Source: Amoeboradix gromovi X-113 (taxonomy: Eukaryota; Fungi; Sanchytriomycota). From it: 5,359 bases of DNA. The DNA is taken from NCBI GenBank assembly GCA_018985225.1, contig JADGIF010000666.1, positions 1 to 5,359 on the forward strand, in the 5' to 3' direction. The translations under genes were made by a program, and so were the position numbers. Shown here in pieces: positions 1-5,359 of this stretch. Below the pieces are notes generated by a model that did no database searches, was not told the DNA's origin, and saw only the letters and a list, made by a program, of their open reading frames with translations. The first letter of the stretch is position 1; each line of letters starts with the position of its first letter.

Positions 1-1
1 T

Positions 2-124
2 GTGGACAGAGATGTGAATGCATGTTGTAATAATCTTCAAGTGATAGATAGTTTGCTAGCGAATGGTGAGAGACCAGGTTGGCAACAAAGGATCACTGAC
101 AAAGTAGTTTCGCCTATTGCCTAG
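2..124 (+). CDS. 3' end (partial) of a Fanzor/TnpB-family RNA-guided endonuclease, RuvC-III region
   Basis: Frame 2 reads VDRDVNACCNNLQVIDSLLANGERPGWQQRITDKVVSPIA*. DRDxNAxxN is the TnpB/Fanzor RuvC-III motif. The following helix ending in GERPxxxxR resembles Fanzor1 C-termini. Only 40 codons are visible, so intactness is unknown. Confidence 0.75.
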   Translation: MDRDVNACCNNLQVIDSLLANGERPGWQQRITDKVVSPIA

Positions 125-135
125 GTGAAGAAATA

Positions 136-220
136 TGGGACACTGCTGTGAAAATTTCAACTGGGTAAATGTCGTCACCCGCTTTTTACCCCTAGTTTAG
201 TTTTTACAGAGTGTGTCCCA
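136..220 (+). ncRNA. Long imperfect hairpin; candidate Fanzor omegaRNA scaffold / transposon right end (alternative: tiny TIR element)
   Basis: TGGGACAC(136-143)/GTGTCCCA(213-220) pair perfectly. CTGTGAAAA(146-154)/TTTTTACAG(201-209) pair with one G-U. AACT(159-162)/AGTT(194-197) and GGGTAAA(163-169)/TTTACCC(185-191) also pair. It begins 11 nt after the nuclease stop. The hairpin is seen directly; its function is inferred. Confidence 0.5.
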
Positions 221-251
221 GGTGATAGAAATTAGACTTCCCGGATAAAAC

Positions 252-449
252 ATGAAATTAGACTTGTTTGTAAAAGCTTTTAAGAAGAACTACGAGTTAG
301 TCCCATTGATATCACTGGTAAGTATAGGACTGGTATATGGCACCTACAGAATGGCGTATTTGCTGGCCAGAGATCCTGATATCCATGTAAGACACCGTAG
401 ACATAAAATTCAAGTAAATGATGAAGACACTTATCTGTCGCAGTTCTAG
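252..449 (+). CDS. NDUFA4/B12D (MLRQ)-family mitochondrial inner-membrane microprotein, copy 1
   Basis: 65 aa. KKNYELVPL, then a single TM helix, then RDPDIHV, matching the family pattern (K..LxPL - TM - (N/D)PDV). ATG in AAAAC context. Confidence 0.8.
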   Translation: MKLDLFVKAFKKNYELVPLISLVSIGLVYGTYRMAYLLARDPDIHVRHRRHKIQVNDEDTYLSQF

Positions 450-451
450 AT

Positions 452-703
452 CTTTTTAAAATAAACAGCCGTCAAAGTTAGTTGTACTCTTGAAACAGCA
501 TAATTATAAAAACATCAAGGTCTAGAAGGTAGCAGAAGTTATTCTTTTTTTATCGTTAATTCTTACTATTTCTGTTTTCGTACCCTATTTATAGGACCAG
601 TTACAAACAATTCGGTTTATAGGCGTGCCAAATCGAGATAGATCGGGCATAGTTATCCGAAAGAGGCGAACTAAAGCATTTAAATTAAACTTTTTAAAAT
701 AAA
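452..703 (+). repeat. 14-bp direct repeat CTTTTTAAAATAAA at 452-465 and 690-703
   Basis: Exact match, 238 bp apart; low complexity. Confidence 0.6.
490..702 (+). pseudogene. Possible decayed third NDUFA4/B12D-like copy
   Basis: One frame reads LKQHNYKNIKV*KVAEVILFLSLILTISVFVPYL*DQLQTIRFIGVPNRDRSGIVIRKRRTKAFKLNFLK*. It has a TM segment and RD..GIVIRKRRTK, similar to RDPDIHVRHRRHK of copy 1. Two internal TAG, no ATG. Confidence 0.25.
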
Positions 704-707
704 TGTG

Positions 708-884
708 ATGCGAATTATTCAAAATCTTAAAAACAACTATGAACTCTTACCGTTATTCGTAGGTGTAGGAGTAGCATTGACTTGTGGTGCAGTTCTAGTC
801 ACAAACATTGTAGTGAACGATCCACATGTGCAATTTAGGAAAGAAAGAACTGGTTCTGGTCTCATTGGTAATAAATTACTGTAG
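708..884 (+). CDS. NDUFA4/B12D-family microprotein, copy 2 (58 aa; not in the ORF track)
   Basis: MRIIQNLKNNYELLPLFVGVGVALTCGAVLVTNIVVNDPHVQFRKERTGSGLIGNKLL*. Shares KxNYELxPL - TM - DPxV/I with copy 1 at identical spacing. Confidence 0.8.
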   Translation: MRIIQNLKNNYELLPLFVGVGVALTCGAVLVTNIVVNDPHVQFRKERTGSGLIGNKLL

Positions 885-1039
885 CTTTTAATACTTTTTA
901 ATGATATGAACCTAATCTTTGCATGAATTAAAGATAAAACTGTCTAACTCTAAAGTTGACCGGCTTTATTTTTCTACCACTTATTAACAGGACTTCGGTA
1001 GTAGTGCTGTCCGTAATTGTAATCTATAGCTTTTAAAAT

Positions 1040-1420
1040 TTGTCTTCAACTTACGCCACTATGAGTTTTAACAGAGATGTAAACAACACGAAATTTAACA
1101 GTAGCAATATTAGATTGTTGGTAAACAAGAACATATTTCTAAATTTAAACTCGACCGTAATTTATATAGAGGGGAACTGGACAAGTTATGAGATTTTTTA
1201 TTCAAATCCCATAAATCTTAATTTTCCTAATTGTAGTATAGATATAGGTAACATGGGAAATAATTCGTTCCTTAAAATTCGATCACCGAATTTTATAAAT
1301 GACACTTCTATTTTAGCGCCTTGTGGGAGTAATTGTTGGACATATAATGTGCCACTACAAAATGATAGCACTTGCTATAGCATATTTGTCTTAATCATAC
1401 TGCTAATAAACATTTCATAG
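1040..1420 (+). CDS. Hypothetical Asn-rich, putative surface/secreted glycoprotein (5' end uncertain; may be a gene fragment)
   Basis: 126 open codons in AT-rich DNA, nine N-x-S/T sequons, four Cys and a hydrophobic C-terminal tail. The first ATG is at 1061 and gives no signal peptide. Confidence 0.45.
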   Translation: MSSTYATMSFNRDVNNTKFNSSNIRLLVNKNIFLNLNSTVIYIEGNWTSYEIFYSNPINLNFPNCSIDIGNMGNNSFLKIRSPNFINDTSILAPCGSNCWTYNVPLQNDSTCYSIFVLIILLINIS

Positions 1421-1481
1421 TGCAATCCTTCTTATTTTGTGATATTCTACAAAAAGAGCTAATTTTTAGACAATAAATTTA

Positions 1482-2180
1482 TTATTCTTTCGTTTTATCA
1501 ATTGGACATTTACCAACATTTCTAGTATAAGGACAAGCATATTCTTTCATCCTCAGCTCCTTAAACTTGGCCACCTTGTCTAGTAGTGAATATTGGGTGA
1601 GATTCTGTTCATCAATCGGAGCATCTTCAATCTCGTCTTTCCCGTAAATTCTTAATCTACTAACTCCCGGGTAAGTATGAAATAATTTTAAAGAGCTGAT
1701 GATGTCCTTGCTGCCATCTAGAACAGATACGAATTGGTCCATGTCTTTCATTGGGACAAACCCATCAATTGCGTGCAAGTCTAAAAGCTCTGGCGCATAG
1801 AAAGAAGTAGTGTGCTTATAGTAGTGATTTAAAAGAAGTGGATCTATTGAAAAATTTAGAGGAACAGCTTTCAAACTAGTTAATTCACTTGTGACTACAA
1901 TGTGAATAGGTGAAGTGACCTCGAGCTGCTTAGCAACTACAATGGTATATTCCGGGATTCCGTCAAATGAATGCAATTTATCGACGTATAGAACGGAGCA
2001 TTCGGTAATGTTAGGAACAACTGAATTATATATCCGTCGATAGTTTTTAGAATCAAATATCAACATTCCGTTCATTTTTATCCCATCTAATTTACTTTGA
2101 AGTTTTGGCTTATGATATGGGCACTTAGGCTCTGTCTGCTCACGGTACACCTGAAAGTACTCATCAAGTATATTGGACAT
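1482..2180 (-). CDS. Hypothetical protein (232 aa) with three Cys-Pro motifs
   Basis: Long ORF. The first ATG is at 2180 (MSNILDEY...), preferred over the GTG at 2306. Motifs: KCPYH, ACPY, KCPID and LKLFHTYPGVSRLRIYGK. Confidence 0.7.
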   Translation of the reverse strand: MSNILDEYFQVYREQTEPKCPYHKPKLQSKLDGIKMNGMLIFDSKNYRRIYNSVVPNITECSVLYVDKLHSFDGIPEYTIVVAKQLEVTSPIHIVVTSELTSLKAVPLNFSIDPLLLNHYYKHTTSFYAPELLDLHAIDGFVPMKDMDQFVSVLDGSKDIISSLKLFHTYPGVSRLRIYGKDEIEDAPIDEQNLTQYSLLDKVAKFKELRMKEYACPYTRNVGKCPIDKTKE

Positions 2181-2217
2181 GCCGTGTGAAAAGTAGACCG
2201 GGGTAAAAGCGGATGAC
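2173..2217 (-). repeat. Degenerate inverted copy of the 3' arm of the 136-220 hairpin
   Basis: The reverse complement of 174-220 aligns with 35 identities in 47 columns (2 gaps, hand alignment). Core: GGGGTAAAA-GCGGATGAC vs GGGGTAAAAAGCGGGTGAC. Confidence 0.55.
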
Positions 2218-2518
2218 AAAAAGAAAAAAGACTGAGTTACAGGATGCTTGAAAGTCTTTCCAAAAGTTACTGAAAACAGATACAAAATCTTATGAGGGCG
2301 CGACACTCACTGTGAAATCATCATTAAATGCGGCACTGTCTGGGTAGAACGACATGGTGCTGCTTATTCTTGAGTTCAGAACATAGCCGAGCGACTGGTA
2401 CAATAAGCTGTGGCCTAAAGAACAGGCGATAGTATGTACACTTGAGTTTGACTAGGACACCGTTTTGAACGTTTTGTAAAGTGTGCCTAATCTCTTGATG
2501 CATAGTACCTCCGTGAAA

Positions 2519-2854
2519 ATGATTTTTAAGAGACTTCGACATGAGCTGAACAAGTTGATTTGCTATGTGAAGACGGATTGTGCAATTGGACAGACAGGAG
2601 ATATAAAGGAATTGTCTGCTGGAAATGCTAGGTTGTACTCAAAGGAAGTGTTTGTGATCCCACCTATTAGAAAACTGATACAACATGAACAAGTTTATAC
2701 AATACTTGGATATCCAATGAGTGAGATTGTACCATATATGCAAAATAAAAGAAGAGAACATATAAAGAGGCTAGGAAAAGTAGTACCACAATGGAAAAAG
2801 CTCTCTCAGAGATATGAAATGGAAGACAACAAAAGAGAAACTGAAAGTAAGTAA
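2519..2854 (+). CDS. Mitochondrial ribosomal protein bL9m-like (L9 N-terminal domain)
   Basis: KLICYVKTDCAIGQTGDIKELSAGNARLY fits the L9 N-domain pattern (G..GD..EV..G.ARN(Y/F)). The basic N-terminus MIFKRLRH resembles a mitochondrial presequence. ATG 2519 is in AAA context; alternative ATG at 2498. Confidence 0.65.
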   Translation: MIFKRLRHELNKLICYVKTDCAIGQTGDIKELSAGNARLYSKEVFVIPPIRKLIQHEQVYTILGYPMSEIVPYMQNKRREHIKRLGKVVPQWKKLSQRYEMEDNKRETESK

Positions 2855-2892
2855 ATTATGCACATTTGATATTTACTTCTGCCTTGGGTTCC

Positions 2893-3714
2893 TCAAATCA
2901 GTGAATAAGGTGCAGAATGGGCAGTAGGCGATAAAAGCCCAGCGCTGATTTCTTCTGTTTTGATTGCAGTATTACCTGTGCCCGATGGGCTTTTTAAAAT
3001 ACTTTTGGTGGTGGAAGTACTTGCTGTAGATGACGAAGTCAGCGAACTGCTACGATTTCGGGGTAAATTTCCTGCAATTGCAAAGACAGACGGTGTTGGA
3101 CTCAACTCATCTACATAAACTGAAGCTAGCGGAATCTTGGTGACATGCATTGTATTACTTGGCGGGCTTTTAGTGGTTGAAATTTTTAGTGAATTTGATT
3201 TTGAAATAGCTATAGAATTTTTAATTTTTTTAAATTGATATTCGATTCCGGACTTCAGGAAGCGCTTGGACATCTCGTTAACTTTCGAAACATTTACAAT
3301 TTGCAACATAATAACCTGAAATGCCTCCAAAGACCTAATATCTTTGAAAAGTGTGTCGTAATCTGTCAACTCGCATCTCTCTGACACGTATTGAATTGTT
3401 GCAACTGAATTTCCTTGAATCGCGTACTTTAAAAGCTGGTCCGTTTTCGATTTTGGAAATAACAGCTTTACAATATCCAAATAACCTTTTCTTGCAGCTT
3501 CATCAATAGGAAGTTTTCCATCTACTACTTGATTAAGATCAACCTTGTCCATTAGGTATTTTGTGCAATCATAGTAGCCATTTCGACAAGTCAAATGTAG
3601 GCCATGAGATTGGTTTAATATGAGTTTGTTTAAACAAGATGCAGACAACTTCAAACGTTTGATGTCGCCACTATCACAAGCGCTATAGAACTTTTGAAGC
3701 TGGGTAGTTGTCAT
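2893..3714 (-). CDS. Ankyrin-repeat protein with Ser/Thr-rich disordered C-terminus
   Basis: About four ANK-like repeats (FYSACDSGDIKRLK; LHLTCRNGYYDCTKYLM; GKLPIDEAARKGYLDIVKLL; LLKYAIQGNSVATIQY), followed by an S/T/P-rich tail. Confidence 0.85.
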   Translation of the reverse strand: MTTTQLQKFYSACDSGDIKRLKLSASCLNKLILNQSHGLHLTCRNGYYDCTKYLMDKVDLNQVVDGKLPIDEAARKGYLDIVKLLFPKSKTDQLLKYAIQGNSVATIQYVSERCELTDYDTLFKDIRSLEAFQVIMLQIVNVSKVNEMSKRFLKSGIEYQFKKIKNSIAISKSNSLKISTTKSPPSNTMHVTKIPLASVYVDELSPTPSVFAIAGNLPRNRSSSLTSSSTASTSTTKSILKSPSGTGNTAIKTEEISAGLLSPTAHSAPYSLI

Positions 3715-3864
3715 GAACTGAGATTAATTCCAAAGCTTCTAATTATATTACTTTGAGAAAAATTCCTACCAATCAGCACAATTAATTTAATTAAAATCAT
3801 TGGAACTAATTAAAGTAAATAACAATTTCATCAAAATTGAAATTCTCATACCAGGAGTTGGTAG

Positions 3865-4401
3865 CCTGTAAGTATTTTCAACCATTTGCAACTAGTTTAT
3901 CCTTTGAAAGATACTAAAAGGCAAGGATGGGTCAACAGAGGATTAAAAGATGTTGAGAGCGTTGCAGGGCATAGCTATATGCTTGCATTATTATGTATGC
4001 TAGCAAATGTTTATTACCCAAAATCAAATATAAATTTCGATCATTGCGTTCAAATAGCTCTAGTCCACGATCTTGCAGAGGCACAGACAGGTGATTTTAC
4101 ACCAAGCGACAACATATCAGATGAAGAAAAGTATGTATTGGAGGCGGCTGCCTTTAAGATGCTTCCGAACCAATTCAGTACGTTGTGGATGGAATACGTT
4201 ACACAAGAGACTGCTGAATCACATTTCGTCAAAGACTGTGATAAGTTTGACATGATTTATCAGGCATATTTGTATGAACAGCGTCACAGCGTCAATCTTC
4301 AGGAATTTTTTGACTCTGCAAAATTCAAAACTGATATTGTAAAATCCTGGGTGTCTCAACTTTCGAATGTGAGATCAGAAAAACTTGGTCCTAATAAATA
4401 A
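3865..4401 (+). CDS. HDDC2: HD-domain 5'-deoxynucleotidase, HDDC2/YGK1 family (start uncertain)
   Basis: LKxxxRxGW, ESVAGHSY, ALVHDLAEAQTGDFTP, EEK...E, LWMEY, FVKDCDKFDMIYQAYLYE and LQEFF are all family motifs. The frame is open from 3865, with no ATG upstream of the conserved motifs. Confidence 0.9.
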   Translation, partial: PVSIFNHLQLVYPLKDTKRQGWVNRGLKDVESVAGHSYMLALLCMLANVYYPKSNINFDHCVQIALVHDLAEAQTGDFTPSDNISDEEKYVLEAAAFKMLPNQFSTLWMEYVTQETAESHFVKDCDKFDMIYQAYLYEQRHSVNLQEFFDSAKFKTDIVKSWVSQLSNVRSEKLGPNK

Positions 4402-5268
4402 ATAATTAAATAAAGTCTCTTCAATGTTCGCATTGAGCATCTTGAACTCTGGGTGTGACGCCTCATTAAAAGTCCTAATGAATTTGGAGACTTTTTACAG
4501 AGAAACTGATAAAGCCTGTAGCCCATTACAGTGATTGGACATGTTTCTATTACCTGTGATGGGATTGAATAGGAGTTTATACAAGTATATGTTCCTTACT
4601 GCCACCAGACCGTATCTTTGTTCAAATGGCATTTTGAACATGTCTCCAAATTAAATTTGTGAAGAGTAGCCTTGTGTAGGTTTGAGTAGCAAATTAAACT
4701 CGTTTTAGACAATTTTCTGTATTTTGTATCTATTAGTAGCTACGATTTTCCATATTTAGGATCTCAAGACCTGGAACATGTCGGCTCTTAAAAATACAAG
4801 ATCGAGTTTTTATTTCATTGAAAAAATCTGCAGAAAGAATTATTGGCTCAACAAAAGTAAAGTAATCGCGATAATGGCGTATTCTGCTGAAGTCGATATC
4901 TGTGAAGGTTTAAGAGGCTCAATTAACATGTGAGACATCAAATGTTAAAATCAGACTAAGAACTTAACATTATATATGGTCATCTAGGACAATGCCTCTA
5001 TATCACCACCCCCAGATTATTTGAAATCTCCAAATGGGACATCAAATATAAAAACTGGACTAACTTTCTGTAACAACTTGGAAGATTATTTCAGCTTTGT
5101 TAATTTTATGAATTTAAGAGGCGAGTGGACATTCAGCTAGTTGCGGAGTTGACGAGTATAAAAGGAAAATAAAAAACTTTTTGTATCGAAATTTCAAAAA
5201 TAGATATTCTGTAGAGCTATTCTCTTACTCTTTCATCCAATCTTTATTTCAAATAAAATATCACTATT

Positions 5269-5289
5269 ACTCTGTAAAAACTAGAATAG
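5269..5289 (-). repeat. Short inverted match to hairpin arm 192-212
   Basis: ACTCTGTAAAAACTA (5269-5283) is the exact reverse complement of 198-212; 19/21 when extended to 5289. May be chance. Confidence 0.35.
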
Positions 5290-5359
5290 ATAAGAGTAAT
5301 GATGTTAGTATAACATTACAAAATGACTCTAGAAAAGAGTACCGTCCAAGAAAATGCAC

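Noticed and set aside
956-1036. Possible fourth NDUFA4-like remnant (FLPLINRTSVVVL)
   Set aside because: Only PLI plus hydrophobicity match; no NYEL or DP motif.
1067-1087. FNRDVNN / ACAGAGATGTAAA resembling the Fanzor DRDVNA motif at 5-22
   Set aside because: It lacks the NAxxN continuation and any RuvC context; a short chance match.
2181-2306. GTG-initiated N-terminal extension of the 1482 ORF
   Set aside because: It translates a T-rich tract (FFFLSS) and the repeat remnant; ATG 2180 is more plausible in a eukaryotic context.
2230-2324. Minus-strand box C-like ATGATGA (2318-2324) suggesting a C/D snoRNA
   Set aside because: No box D (CTGA) at a suitable distance and no terminal stem seen.
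2324-2542. 72-aa minus-strand ORF
   Set aside because: No recognisable motif, and it overlaps the bL9m start; not supportable as a gene.
3833-3840. AAAATTGA, the Mimivirus early-promoter motif
   Set aside because: A single upstream occurrence in very AT-rich DNA, and not seen before the other genes.
4050-4255. ORFs 4050..4253 (-) and 4073..4255 (+)
   Set aside because: Both lie fully inside the well-supported HD-domain gene and are shadow frames with no motifs.
449-4938. Genome-wide TAA/TAG-to-Gln recoding as the explanation for stop-interrupted frames
   Set aside because: The conserved genes contain no internal TAA/TAG, use CAA/CAG for Gln, and end in TAA/TAG at the expected positions.
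1-5359. CRISPR array, tRNA or rRNA
   Set aside because: No regularly spaced repeats, cloverleaf or rRNA-like conserved sequence found by eye.

Overview
AT-rich, gene-dense, apparently intron-poor DNA. It is most consistent with a compact microbial-eukaryote nuclear genome (inferred from NDUFA4/B12D-like genes, a mitochondrial bL9-like gene and an HDDC2/YGK1-type gene); a giant-virus origin is not excluded. The window opens in the last 40 codons of a probable Fanzor/TnpB RNA-guided nuclease (DRDVNAxxN...GERP, missed by the ORF track). This is followed by an 85-nt imperfect palindrome, a candidate omegaRNA scaffold or element end, whose arm recurs in degenerate inverted form at 2173-2217 and 5269-5289. 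Downstream are two tandem NDUFA4/B12D-like microproteins (the second not in the ORF track, possibly with a decayed third copy between them), a sequon-rich ORF, an unknown Cys-Pro-motif protein, bL9m, an ankyrin protein, an HD-domain nucleotidase with no visible ATG, and about 1 kb with no intact ORF. All family calls come from motif recognition by eye; no searches were run.
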